From NCBI GenBank assembly GCA_025362235.1, contig JANYGZ010000095.1:733-64732 (forward strand): a stretch of 64,000 bases of DNA, read 5' to 3'. The notes beneath the pieces were generated by a model, which saw only the letters and a list, made by a program, of their open reading frames with translations, made no database searches and had not been told where the DNA came from. Of this stretch, positions 1-8,693 are shown one piece after another (position 1 is the stretch's first letter; each line of letters starts with the position of its first letter). Source of the DNA: Ferruginibacter sp. Its GTDB lineage: Bacteria > Bacteroidota > Bacteroidia > Chitinophagales > Chitinophagaceae. The position numbers were made by a program, and so were the translations under genes.

Positions 1-128
1 TAATGCCTGGTAAAGCCAAAAGCCGTAATACAAAAGCTGGTGTGGTTAGTGGACGCAAGCCTGCTAAAAAGAAAGCATTTGTTACTGTTGCAGATGGCGA
101 AACAATTGATTTATACGGAACAGTATAA
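1..128 (+). CDS. rplW: 50S ribosomal protein L23, C-terminal part (runs off window start)
   Basis: Frame from nt 3 reads MPGKAKSRNTKAGVVSGRKPAKKKAFVTVADGETIDLYGTV*, an L23 C-terminus directly upstream of rplB; not in ORF track. Confidence 0.9.
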   Translation, partial: MPGKAKSRNTKAGVVSGRKPAKKKAFVTVADGETIDLYGTV

Positions 129-250
129 CCCAGTATTCCTGAAGGGGTAAAACGGGTAGTTAAAAATATTAAAGAATGGTAATTCTGCTACCGCAAAACG
201 CAGAGATTAATAAAAATAAAAAGTTCGTCCCCCTTTAGGGGATAAGGGCA
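128..250. repeat. REP-like inverted dyad (CCCC-TRAA-GGGG family) in rplW-rplB spacer
   Basis: ACCCAGTATTCCTGAAGGGGTAA (128-150) and inverted TCCCCCTTTAGGGGATAAGGGC (228-249); same family at 6068 and 6735-6819. Confidence 0.65.
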
Positions 251-252
251 AA

Positions 253-1095
253 ATGGCACTTAGAAAATACAAACCGACCACAGCAGGTACACGTTGGAGA
301 ATTGGTAATGCTTATGCAGAAATTACCACCAATATTCCTGAAAAAACATTGCTTGAAAAGCAAAAGAATACTGCTGGTCGTAACTCTCAGGGTAGAAGAT
401 CAATGCGCTATATGGGTGGCGGCAACAAAACCATGTATCGTATAATCGATTTCAAAAGAGATAAGAAGAATATCCCTGCTGTAGTAAAAAGCATTGAATA
501 TGATCCAAACCGTACAGCCTTTATAGCTTTATTAAGTTATGCTGATGGTGAAAAACGTTACATCATTGCACCTAATGGTTTACAAGTTGGTGCTACAGTT
601 TTAAGTGGTGATAATGTTGCTCCGGAATTAGGTAATGCATTACAGTTGAAATATATGCCATTGGGTACTATGATTCATAATGTTGAAATGCAACCGGGCC
701 AGGGTGGTAAATTAGTACGAAGTGCGGGTAATACAGCTCAGTTAGCGAACAAAGAAGAAAAATACGGTATTTTAAAAATGCCCAGCGGTGAGTTAAGAAA
801 AGTGTTGATCAATTGTTATGCAACCGTAGGTGTTGTTAGTAACAGCGATCATAATCTGGAAAGTGCAGGTAAGGCAGGAAGAAACAGGTGGAAAGGTGTT
901 AGGCCAAGAACAAGGGCTGTAGCCATGAACCCGGTAGATCACCCGATGGGTGGTGGTGAAGGTAGGGCGTCAGGTGGTCATCCACGTAGCCGTACAGGTA
1001 AATATGCAAAAGGACAGGTTACACGTACAAGAGGAAAAGGATCAGATAAAATGATCATCCAAAGAAAAAACGGAAAGAAAATAAGTAATAAATAA
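253..1095 (+). CDS. rplB: 50S ribosomal protein L2
   Basis: [23 protein letters not shown] motifs; S10 operon order. Confidence 0.99.
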   Translation: MALRKYKPTTAGTRWRIGNAYAEITTNIPEKTLLEKQKNTAGRNSQGRRSMRYMGGGNKTMYRIIDFKRDKKNIPAVVKSIEYDPNRTAFIALLSYADGEKRYIIAPNGLQVGATVLSGDNVAPELGNALQLKYMPLGTMIHNVEMQPGQGGKLVRSAGNTAQLANKEEKYGILKMPSGELRKVLINCYATVGVVSNSDHNLESAGKAGRNRWKGVRPRTRAVAMNPVDHPMGGGEGRASGGHPRSRTGKYAKGQVTRTRGKGSDKMIIQRKNGKKISNK

Positions 1096-1154
1096 TATTC
1101 ATTGTTAAAATATCCTGGTGATGAATCAGGAAAATCAACAAAAAAAATAATACT

Positions 1155-1424
1155 ATGCCACGTTCAGTTAAAAAAGGTCCATATATCGATGCTAACTTAG
1201 AAGTAAAGGTGTTAGCAATAAATGAAGGAAAAAATAAGAAAGGTGTTATTAAAACATGGTCACGCCGCTCTACTATCTCTCCTGATTTTGTTGGTCATAC
1301 AATAGCAGTTCATAATGGCAACAAATTTATTCCGGTGTATGTAACAGAATTTATGGTAGGTCATAAATTGGGAGAATTTGCACCAACAAGAAATTTCAGG
1401 GGTCACTCAAGTAAAAAAATGTAA
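1155..1424 (+). CDS. rpsS: 30S ribosomal protein S19
   Basis: [22 protein letters not shown]. Confidence 0.99.
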   Translation: MPRSVKKGPYIDANLEVKVLAINEGKNKKGVIKTWSRRSTISPDFVGHTIAVHNGNKFIPVYVTEFMVGHKLGEFAPTRNFRGHSSKKM

Positions 1425-1489
1425 TAAAAAAAGTTAAGAGAAGAATGTTCTAAGGAACATTAAAATTTTAAACTTGAAACTAAATAAAA

Positions 1490-1834
1490 ATGGAAGCAGT
1501 AGCAAAACTTAACAATTATCCAACCTCACCGCGTAAAATGCGTTTGTTGATTGATTTGATTCGTGGAATGGAAGTAGAAAAGGCTTTAGGGGTATTACAA
1601 TTTAATCCTAAACATCCGGCTGTTCCTTTATACAAGCTGTTAAAAAGTGCTATCAATAACTGGGAGCAAAAAAATACAGATGTAAAGGTTGAAGATGCTA
1701 AGCTGATCGTTAAAACAGTGACGGTTGATGGAGGAAGAGTGATTAAACGTATGCGCCCTGCACCACAAGGCCGTGGATACAAAGTACGCAAACGCAGTAA
1801 CCATGTTACATTAATAGTAGATAGCAAAAGTTAA
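1490..1834 (+). CDS. rplV: 50S ribosomal protein L22
   Basis: [17 protein letters not shown]...KRSNHVT. Confidence 0.98.
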   Translation: MEAVAKLNNYPTSPRKMRLLIDLIRGMEVEKALGVLQFNPKHPAVPLYKLLKSAINNWEQKNTDVKVEDAKLIVKTVTVDGGRVIKRMRPAPQGRGYKVRKRSNHVTLIVDSKS

Positions 1835-1864
1835 TAAATTAATTAAAACGATTTAATAAACAAT

Positions 1865-2704
1865 ATGGGTCAGAAAACAAATCCGATTGGTATCAGGCTA
1901 GGAATCATCCGTGGATGGGATAGTAATTGGTATGCACATAAAAAAGATTTCGGTAACAAGTTAATTGAAGATCATAAGATCAGAACTTACCTGAATGCCC
2001 GTATCAACAAAGGAGGTATATCTAAGATAGTTATTGAGCGTACGCTCAATAAATTAATCGTAACTATCCATACATCTAAGCCTGGTATTATTATCGGTAA
2101 AGGCGGTGGGGAAGTTGACAGGATTAAAGAAGAGTTGAAGAAATTAACAGGTAAAGAAGATGTTCAGATAAATATTCTTGAAATTCGTCGTCCTGAATTG
2201 GATGCTCAAATTGTAGCAGATACAATTGCACGCCAGTTAGAAGGAAGGATCAATTTTAAACGTGCTGTAAAGATGGCAATTGCATCTGCATTAAGAATGG
2301 GAGCTGAAGGAATCAAGGTTAGATGTGGTGGCCGTTTAGGCGGTGCTGAAATTGCACGTAGCGAAGAAATTAAACAAGGCAGGACCCCATTACATACATT
2401 GCGTATGGATATTGATTATGCAAGCGTATTCGCTCAAACTGTTTACGGAAAAATTGGTATTAAAGTATGGATTTGTAAAGGTGAGGTATTGGCAAAAAGA
2501 GACCTTAATCCTAACATCTTAGCAGGTGGCGGTAAAGAAGCCGATTCAAGAGGTGGTTTTGAAAACCGTGGAGGTTTTGATGATAGAAGAGGCGGCGGAG
2601 ACAGAAGAGGTGGCGGACAAGGCGGCGATAGAAGAGGTGGCGGCGGACAAGGCCAGGGCGGCGGAAACCGTGGTGGTGGCGGACAGCAGGGTGGAAGAAG
2701 ATAA
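1865..2704 (+). CDS. rpsC: 30S ribosomal protein S3 with Gly/Arg-rich C-terminal tail
   Basis: [36 protein letters not shown]. Confidence 0.99.
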   Translation: MGQKTNPIGIRLGIIRGWDSNWYAHKKDFGNKLIEDHKIRTYLNARINKGGISKIVIERTLNKLIVTIHTSKPGIIIGKGGGEVDRIKEELKKLTGKEDVQINILEIRRPELDAQIVADTIARQLEGRINFKRAVKMAIASALRMGAEGIKVRCGGRLGGAEIARSEEIKQGRTPLHTLRMDIDYASVFAQTVYGKIGIKVWICKGEVLAKRDLNPNILAGGGKEADSRGGFENRGGFDDRRGGGDRRGGGQGGDRRGGGGQGQGGGNRGGGGQQGGRR

Positions 2705-2780
2705 TTAATTACAAATGTGAAAATAACGCAATAGCTCAATTGAGTATTTGCTGAATTGAGAAATTTTCAAATTATTAGAA

Positions 2781-3215
2781 ATGTTACAACCAAAAAGAGC
2801 AAAACATAGAAAGGCGCAAAAAGGCCGAATCAGGGAAACTGCCAAAAGAGGCACTACCATTGCTTTCGGATCATTTGCTTTAAAAGCACTGGAACCAATT
2901 TGGTTAACTAACAGGCAAATTGAAAGTGCCCGTCAGGCTTTAACACGTCACATGAAAAGGGAAGGGAATGTTTGGATAAGGATTTTTCCTGATAAACCAA
3001 TTACCAAAAAACCAGCTGAAGTAAGGATGGGTAAAGGTAAAGGTAACCCTGAATATTGGGCAGCAGTTGTAGAGCCAGGCCGCATTTTATTTGAGGCAGA
3101 CGGTGTTCCTTTACAGGTTGCAAAAGAAGCCTTTGAACTGGCTGCACAAAAATTACCAATAGCTGTAAAATTTGTTGTTCGCAGAGATTACCAGGCAGAA
3201 GTAATTAGCAAATAA
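2781..3215 (+). CDS. rplP: 50S ribosomal protein L16
   Basis: [24 protein letters not shown]. Confidence 0.99.
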   Translation: MLQPKRAKHRKAQKGRIRETAKRGTTIAFGSFALKALEPIWLTNRQIESARQALTRHMKREGNVWIRIFPDKPITKKPAEVRMGKGKGNPEYWAAVVEPGRILFEADGVPLQVAKEAFELAAQKLPIAVKFVVRRDYQAEVISK

Positions 3216-3239
3216 GAAAATTCGAAAATTTGAAAATTA
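3216..3239. repeat. 8-mer tandem repeat (GAAAATTY)x3 in rplP-rpmC spacer
   Basis: gaaaattc gaaaattt gaaaatta read directly. Confidence 0.6.
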
Positions 3240-3246
3240 GAATATA

Positions 3247-3459
3247 ATGTCAAAGAAAGCAGATTATTTAACGAGCATAAAGGGTTTAGGCCTTGAAGAC
3301 CTAAAAGCTAAGATAACAGAAGACGAATTACGTTTGAAGAAAGTATCTTTTGCTCATAGTATTTCTCCATTGGAGAACCCGGTTAGCATGCGTTTATTAC
3401 GCAAAGATTTAGCCCGTTTAAAAACAGCATTAAGAAAGATAGAACTCGGTTTAAATTAA
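3247..3459 (+). CDS. rpmC: 50S ribosomal protein L29
   Basis: LENP...RKDLARLKT; position between rplP and rpsQ. Confidence 0.96.
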   Translation: MSKKADYLTSIKGLGLEDLKAKITEDELRLKKVSFAHSISPLENPVSMRLLRKDLARLKTALRKIELGLN

Positions 3460-3477
3460 ACCATAAATTTTGCAACA

Positions 3478-3753
3478 ATGAGCGCAGTAATAACACCGAT
3501 CGAAAGAAATTTACGTAAAATAAGAGTTGGAGTTGTTTCCAGCAATAAAATGGATAAGTCCATTGTAGTGTTGGTAGAAAGAAAAGTAAAGCATCCGCTT
3601 TATGGTAAGTTCGTAAAAAAATCTACCAAATTTCATGCACACGACGAAAAGAACGAATGCAGTATCGGCGATACTGTAAAGATTATGGAAACCCGCCCTA
3701 TCAGCAAAACAAAACGCTGGAGACTGGTTGAAGTGGTAGAAAAAGTAAAATAA
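3478..3753 (+). CDS. rpsQ: 30S ribosomal protein S17
   Basis: [32 protein letters not shown]. Confidence 0.99.
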   Translation: MSAVITPIERNLRKIRVGVVSSNKMDKSIVVLVERKVKHPLYGKFVKKSTKFHAHDEKNECSIGDTVKIMETRPISKTKRWRLVEVVEKVK

Positions 3754-3758
3754 AAATG

Positions 3759-3908
3759 CCCATCCTAAATCCTTCCCCGAGGGAAGGACTATAATATAAG
3801 TGGGTATTAATGTTAAATGATGAACAATAGTTGAAGGGTTAGTGCAGATGATGATAAAATAAACAATGCCAGGCCTCTTCCGATTTATCGGGAGAATAAG
3901 GGTGAGGC
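3759..3908. repeat. REP-like hairpin pair (CCC-rich leader plus stem-loop) in rpsQ-rplN spacer
   Basis: CCCATCCTAAA-TCCTTCCC-CGA-GGGAAGGA-CT (3759-3790) and oppositely oriented GCC-TCTTCCGAT-TT-ATCGGGAGA-ATAAGGGTGAGGC (3873-3908). Confidence 0.6.
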
Positions 3909-3926
3909 TTCTTAAAATTAAATAAA

Positions 3927-4295
3927 ATGATTCAGCAAGAAAGTAGATTGAACGTAGCCGATAACAGTGGTGCCAAACAGGTTTTGTGTATCCGTGTGTT
4001 GGGTAATTCAGGACAAGACTACGCTAAAATCGGCGATAAAATAGTTGTTACTGTAAAGGACGCAACACCTAACGGGGGTATTAAAAAAGGTACGGTAAGT
4101 AAAGCAGTAATAGTAAGAACGGTAAATAAATTACGTCGTAAAGATGGTTCTTATATTCGGTTTGATGATAACGCTGTTGTGTTATTAAACAATGCTGATG
4201 AGCCAAGGGGCACACGTATTTTTGGGCCTGTCGCCAGGGAGTTGAGAGATAAAGGATTCATGAAGATCATTTCATTGGCTCCTGAAGTTCTGTAA
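3927..4295 (+). CDS. rplN: 50S ribosomal protein L14
   Basis: [30 protein letters not shown]. Confidence 0.99.
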   Translation: MIQQESRLNVADNSGAKQVLCIRVLGNSGQDYAKIGDKIVVTVKDATPNGGIKKGTVSKAVIVRTVNKLRRKDGSYIRFDDNAVVLLNNADEPRGTRIFGPVARELRDKGFMKIISLAPEVL

Positions 4296-4371
4296 GAATT
4301 TAAAGTTTCCGGTTTCGAGTTGATCGAAACTTGTTTTTAAAAGAAAAAAAGCCGAAAGGCACATTAATAAA

Positions 4372-4710
4372 ATGAGTACAAGATTTAAACCCAAGTTTAG
4401 CATTAAAAAAGGCGATAACGTTATTGTTATTACCGGTGATGACAAAGACCTGAAAAAGCCACGCAAAGTATTAGAAGTAATATTGGAAAAGGGTCGTGTT
4501 TTGGTAGAAGGTGTAAACATCGTTACCAAGCATACTAAACCAACATCTCAAAATACAAAAGGTGGTATTGTAAAAATAGAAGCGCCAATCAATATCAGTA
4601 ACGTAATGTTGTGGGATGCTAAAGCGGGCAGTGCAACTAAAGTTAAACGTACCAGGGAAAACGGTAAATTAATCAGGGTATCTAAAAAGTCAGGGGAGGC
4701 AATAAAATAA
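4372..4710 (+). CDS. rplX: 50S ribosomal protein L24
   Basis: [31 protein letters not shown]. Confidence 0.98.
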   Translation: MSTRFKPKFSIKKGDNVIVITGDDKDLKKPRKVLEVILEKGRVLVEGVNIVTKHTKPTSQNTKGGIVKIEAPINISNVMLWDAKAGSATKVKRTRENGKLIRVSKKSGEAIK

Positions 4711-5276
4711 TGAGCACAACAACATACACTCCAAGATTAGCAGATAAGTACACTAAAGAAGTTGTACCTGCTTTAATGAAAAAATTCGGTTATAAAACCG
4801 TAATGCAGGCACCAAAACTTACCAAGATTTGTTTGAATCGTGGTGTAAATGGCGCTGTAGCGGATAAAAAATTAGTAGACATTGCTGTTGAAGAGTTATC
4901 TACAATAACTGGACAGAAAGCAGTAGCTACTATGAGTAAAAAAGATATCTCCAACTTTAAGTTGCGTAAAGCCATGCCAATCGGCGCAAGGGTTACACTT
5001 CGTGGAGTTAAGATGTTTGAATTTTTAGACAGGTTTGTATCTGTGTCTTTACCTCGTGTACGTGACTTTAAAGGTATCAATGACAAGTCATTTGATGGCC
5101 GTGGCAACTACACATTAGGTATTACAGAACAAATCATTTTTCCTGAAATTGATATTGATAAGGTAAATAAAATTACCGGTATGGATATCACTTTCGTAAC
5201 AACAGCTTCAACTAATGAAGAAGCTTTTGAATTGCTGAAAGAATTGGGAATGCCTTTTAAAAATGTAAAAAAATAA
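4710..5276 (+). CDS. rplE: 50S ribosomal protein L5
   Basis: [37 protein letters not shown]. Confidence 0.99.
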   Translation: MSTTTYTPRLADKYTKEVVPALMKKFGYKTVMQAPKLTKICLNRGVNGAVADKKLVDIAVEELSTITGQKAVATMSKKDISNFKLRKAMPIGARVTLRGVKMFEFLDRFVSVSLPRVRDFKGINDKSFDGRGNYTLGITEQIIFPEIDIDKVNKITGMDITFVTTASTNEEAFELLKELGMPFKNVKK

Positions 5277-5296
5277 CCCTTCGACAAGCTCAGGGA
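5277..5296. repeat. Solo copy of GIY-YIG-associated hairpin repeat
   Basis: CCCTTCGACAAGCTCAGGGA begins at the base after the rplE stop; matches CTTCGAC-N2/3-GCTCAG copies at 49378-49874. Confidence 0.7.
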
Positions 5297-5318
5297 TAAA
5301 TTAAAATAAAAATAAAAC

Positions 5319-5588
5319 ATGGCAAAAAAATCAATTGAAGCCAGGCAGAGAAAGCGTGAAGTAATGAGCGCAAAATTTGCTGAAAAAAGAGCAGCATTAA
5401 AAGCAGCCGGCGATTACAAAGCTTTGGACCTTTTACCAAAGAATGCATCTCCGGTACGTTTAAGGAACCGTTGCCAGCTAACAGGCCGCCCAAGAGGATA
5501 CATGAGGCATTTTGCTTTATCCAGGAACATGTTCCGTGATATGGCATTGGCAGGAAAAATACCCGGTGTTACAAAAGCAAGCTGGTAA
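5319..5588 (+). CDS. rpsN: 30S ribosomal protein S14, long zinc-independent type
   Basis: [14 protein letters not shown]...GVTKASW; 89 aa, one Cys. Confidence 0.98.
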   Translation: MAKKSIEARQRKREVMSAKFAEKRAALKAAGDYKALDLLPKNASPVRLRNRCQLTGRPRGYMRHFALSRNMFRDMALAGKIPGVTKASW

Positions 5589-5669
5589 GAAATTAAAAAC
5601 AGCAGATCAATAGAAATATTGAAATCACTGTAAAAAAATTATCTAATAATAAAGTCAATTTAAATAATT

Positions 5670-6068
5670 ATGGTTACTGATCCTATAGCAGATTTTCTTA
5701 CAAGAATCCGTAATGCACAGATGGCAAACCATCGCATTGTGGAAATACCTGCGTCGAATTTAAAAAAACGCATGACAGAAATTTTGTACGATAAAGGGTA
5801 CATTTTGAAATATAAATTTGAAGATGACAGCAAACAAGGTGTAATTAAAATAGCCTTGAAATATGATGCATCTACAAAACTACCTGTAATTCAAAGTTTG
5901 GAAAGAGTATCTCGTCCGGGTTTACGTACCTACGCAAAACCAGATGAATTTAAAAGAGTTAAAAATGGTTTGGGTATTGCTATCGTTTCTACATCTAAAG
6001 GTGTAATGACGGATAAAGAAGCAAAAGCTCAAAACGTGGGTGGTGAAGTATTGTGTAATATTTACTAA
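5670..6068 (+). CDS. rpsH: 30S ribosomal protein S8
   Basis: [29 protein letters not shown]...GGEVLC. Confidence 0.99.
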   Translation: MVTDPIADFLTRIRNAQMANHRIVEIPASNLKKRMTEILYDKGYILKYKFEDDSKQGVIKIALKYDASTKLPVIQSLERVSRPGLRTYAKPDEFKRVKNGLGIAIVSTSKGVMTDKEAKAQNVGGEVLCNIY

Positions 6069-6090
6069 CCCCTATCCCTTGAAGGGGAAC
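6068..6090. repeat. REP-like half dyad (CCCC-TRAA-GGGG family) after rpsH stop
   Basis: ACCCCTATCCCTTGAAGGGGAAC. Confidence 0.65.
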
Positions 6091-6178
6091 AATAAAGAAC
6101 AATAAAATGATTTGACAATTAAGCCTAAGTCGTGGCTGAACACAAATCGAATTAATTATAATAAAAATAAAATCGACG

Positions 6179-6733
6179 ATGTCTAGAATAGGAAAAAAAC
6201 CGGTTGAATTTCCAAAAGGAGTTACCATAACAGTTGGTACAGATAATGTAGTTACTGTTAAAGGGCCTAAAGGCGAATTAAAACAAGCAGTTGACAGGGA
6301 TATTAAATTGGAAGTTAAGGAGAGCACATTAGAATTGGCTCGTCCTACTGATCAGATCCGTCATAAAGCGATGCATGGTTTATACCGTTCATTGGTAAGT
6401 AATATGGTTAAAGGTGTAACTGAAGGGTATGTAAAACAAATGGAATTAGTGGGTGTGGGTTTTAAAGCCGCCAGTACAGGAAATATTTTGGACCTTGCTT
6501 TAGGATATTCTCATAATATTATTTTTGAAATACCTAAGGAATTAAAAGTTGCTACTTCACAGGAAAAAGGACAAAATCCTATTATCACTTTGGAAGGTGT
6601 TGACAAACAATTAATAGGCCAGGTGTGTGCAAAGATTCGTGGATTACGTAAACCTGAACCATACAAAGGAAAGGGTGTTAAATTTAAGGGCGAAGTACTT
6701 AGAAGAAAAGCAGGTAAGTCTGCCGGTAAATAA
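6179..6733 (+). CDS. rplF: 50S ribosomal protein L6
   Basis: MSRIGKKP, RKPEPYKGKGV. Confidence 0.99.
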   Translation: MSRIGKKPVEFPKGVTITVGTDNVVTVKGPKGELKQAVDRDIKLEVKESTLELARPTDQIRHKAMHGLYRSLVSNMVKGVTEGYVKQMELVGVGFKAASTGNILDLALGYSHNIIFEIPKELKVATSQEKGQNPIITLEGVDKQLIGQVCAKIRGLRKPEPYKGKGVKFKGEVLRRKAGKSAGK

Positions 6734-6734
6734 A

Positions 6735-6819
6735 GCCCCCTAACCCCCTGAAGGGGAAATGAAGAACTTAAAGAGAATTACAATTTTAGTACTCCTTAGC
6801 CCCTTTAGGGGATAGGGGC
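6735..6819. repeat. REP-like inverted dyad (CCCC-TRAA-GGGG family) in rplF-rplR spacer
   Basis: GCCCCCTAACCCCCTGAAGGGGAAA (6735-6759) and inverted GCCCCTTTAGGGGATAGGGGC (6799-6819). Confidence 0.75.
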
Positions 6820-6834
6820 AAAAAATAAAAGATC

Positions 6835-7188
6835 ATGAATAACAAATCAGTTGCAAGGGAAAAGATCAAGTTCCGCATCCGTAAAAAAATAAATGGTGTT
6901 GCTGCCAGGCCAAGGCTAAGTGTTTTTAGAAGCAATGCTGATATTTATGCACAGTTAATCAATGATGAAAATGGCGCAACCATTGCTTCAGTTTCATCAC
7001 TTGATAAGGATATTAAAGCACAAAAAGTAAATAAAACAGCAAAGAGTAAACTTGTAGGAAATGCTATCGCAAGAAAAGCAACCGAACTGGGACTTACTGC
7101 TGTAGTTTTTGATCGTGGTGGGTATATTTATCATGGCCGTGTAAAAGCAGTAGCAGAAGGAGCAAGAGAAGGTGGTTTACAATTTTAA
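6835..7188 (+). CDS. rplR: 50S ribosomal protein L18
   Basis: PRLSVFRSN, VFDRGGYIYHGRVKAVAEGAREGGLQF. Confidence 0.99.
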   Translation: MNNKSVAREKIKFRIRKKINGVAARPRLSVFRSNADIYAQLINDENGATIASVSSLDKDIKAQKVNKTAKSKLVGNAIARKATELGLTAVVFDRGGYIYHGRVKAVAEGAREGGLQF

Positions 7189-7215
7189 TTATAAATTTTC
7201 TAATAAGAACTATAC

Positions 7216-7734
7216 ATGTTAAAAGCAAACGATAACAGAGTAAAAGCCGGAGACCTTGAATTAAAAGACAAGGTTGTTTCTATCAACCGGGTGGTAAAAA
7301 CTACCAAAGGTGGTCGTGCCTTTAGTTTTTCTGCATTGGTAGTAGTTGGAAACGGTGCCGGTGTTGTAGGTCAGGGTTTAGGTAAAGCTAAAGAAGTACA
7401 GGAAGCTATTACAAAAGGTATTGAAGATGCAAAAAAGAATTTGATAAAAGTTCCGGTTATGCATGGTACAATACCTCACGAACAATTGGCTAAAGAAGGT
7501 GCTGCTAAAGTTTTTATTAAACCAGCCGCACATGGTACTGGTGTAATTGCAGGAGGCAGCATGCGTGCAGTATTGGAAGCCGCAGGCATTACGGATGTAT
7601 TGGCAAAAAGCCTTGGGTCTGCTAATCCTACTAATGTGGTTAAAGCAACTGTTAAAGCATTAGCTACTTTACGTGAGCCTATCGCTGTAGCAAAAACAAG
7701 AAACATTTCTTTAAAGAAAGTATTCAACGGATAA
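7216..7734 (+). CDS. rpsE: 30S ribosomal protein S5
   Basis: [18 protein letters not shown]. Confidence 0.99.
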   Translation: MLKANDNRVKAGDLELKDKVVSINRVVKTTKGGRAFSFSALVVVGNGAGVVGQGLGKAKEVQEAITKGIEDAKKNLIKVPVMHGTIPHEQLAKEGAAKVFIKPAAHGTGVIAGGSMRAVLEAAGITDVLAKSLGSANPTNVVKATVKALATLREPIAVAKTRNISLKKVFNG

Positions 7735-7740
7735 AAAATA

Positions 7741-7803
7741 GTCAATAGTCAATGGTCAATGGTCAATAACTGGCAATTGGCAAACGGCAACTGACAACTG
7801 ATT
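7741..7803. repeat. Heptamer tandem block plus inverted heptamer block (rpsE-rpmD spacer)
   Basis: (GTCAATR)x4 then ACTGGCA ATTGGCA AACGGCA ACTGACA ACTGATT. Confidence 0.75.
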
Positions 7804-7808
7804 CAGTT

Positions 7809-7991
7809 ATGAAAAAGATAAAAGTAACACAGGTTAAAAGTGTAATCGACAGACCGGAACGCCAGAAAAAAACAATGGTGGCTTTGGGTTTAAAAAAGAT
7901 GAATGCTTCTGTAGAAGTAGAAGCTACCCCACAAATATTAGGAATGGTCCGCAAAGTGAATCATCTTGTAAGTGTGGTTGAATTAACTTAA
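7809..7991 (+). CDS. rpmD: 50S ribosomal protein L30
   Basis: KVTQVKSVI...ALGLKK...ILGMVRKVNHLV. Confidence 0.97.
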   Translation: MKKIKVTQVKSVIDRPERQKKTMVALGLKKMNASVEVEATPQILGMVRKVNHLVSVVELT

Positions 7992-8144
7992 TGAAATTGA
8001 GAATTGATAGTGGGATAATTGAAAATACTTTAGCTCGAAAAGTATGCTACACATCCAGAACATTACATTGTCAATTATAAAATTAAATAATTATCAATTA
8101 TAATTGCGAGGGGTGATACCCCGTAAGTAAAAAATCAAATTAAC

Positions 8145-8594
8145 ATGGAATTACATTCATTAAGACCCGCCAAAGGAGCAACACATAAAGCAAAACGTAT
8201 TGGCCGTGGTGAAGCAAGTGGTAAAGGTGGTACTTCTACCAAAGGTAATAAAGGCGGACAAAGCCGTGCAGGTTATAAAAGTAAAATGGCTTTTGAAGGC
8301 GGCCAGATGCCGATTCAACGCCGTGTTCCAAAACGTGGTTTCAAAAATATCAACCGTATTGAATATAAAGTAATCAACTTAGGGCAGATTGATCACTACG
8401 CTGAAAAATATAGCATTACAGAATTTAGCCCTCAAAATTTGTATATCAATGGTTTAATTAGCCAAAATGATAACATTAAAATTTTGGGTGTTGGCGAAAT
8501 AAAAGGAAAATATTCTTTTAAAGTAAATGCCGTTAGCGAAAAAGCTAAAGCTGCTATTGAAGCCGCCGGAGGTTCAGTTGAGATAGTTAAATAA
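8145..8594 (+). CDS. rplO: 50S ribosomal protein L15
   Basis: RIGRGEASGKGGTS, FEGGQMP. Confidence 0.99.
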   Translation: MELHSLRPAKGATHKAKRIGRGEASGKGGTSTKGNKGGQSRAGYKSKMAFEGGQMPIQRRVPKRGFKNINRIEYKVINLGQIDHYAEKYSITEFSPQNLYINGLISQNDNIKILGVGEIKGKYSFKVNAVSEKAKAAIEAAGGSVEIVK

Positions 8595-8693
8595 TTTCAC
8601 GATATTTGCAGACGCATTCCTGCTTGCCGCTAAGGGCAGGTACGATAAGCGTCTTTTTAGTTTTACGAAAACATTTAAAATCGATTTAAGTCT

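Noticed and set aside
4310-4331. GTTTCGA-GTTGA-TCGAAAC hairpin in rplN-rplX spacer as another GIY-YIG repeat copy
   Set aside because: Shares only TTTCGA and lacks GCTCA; may be an ordinary mRNA hairpin.
5319-5588. Zinc-independent S14 and L33 forms as a sign of zinc-starvation paralogs
   Set aside because: These are the core-operon copies and such forms are typical for Bacteroidota.
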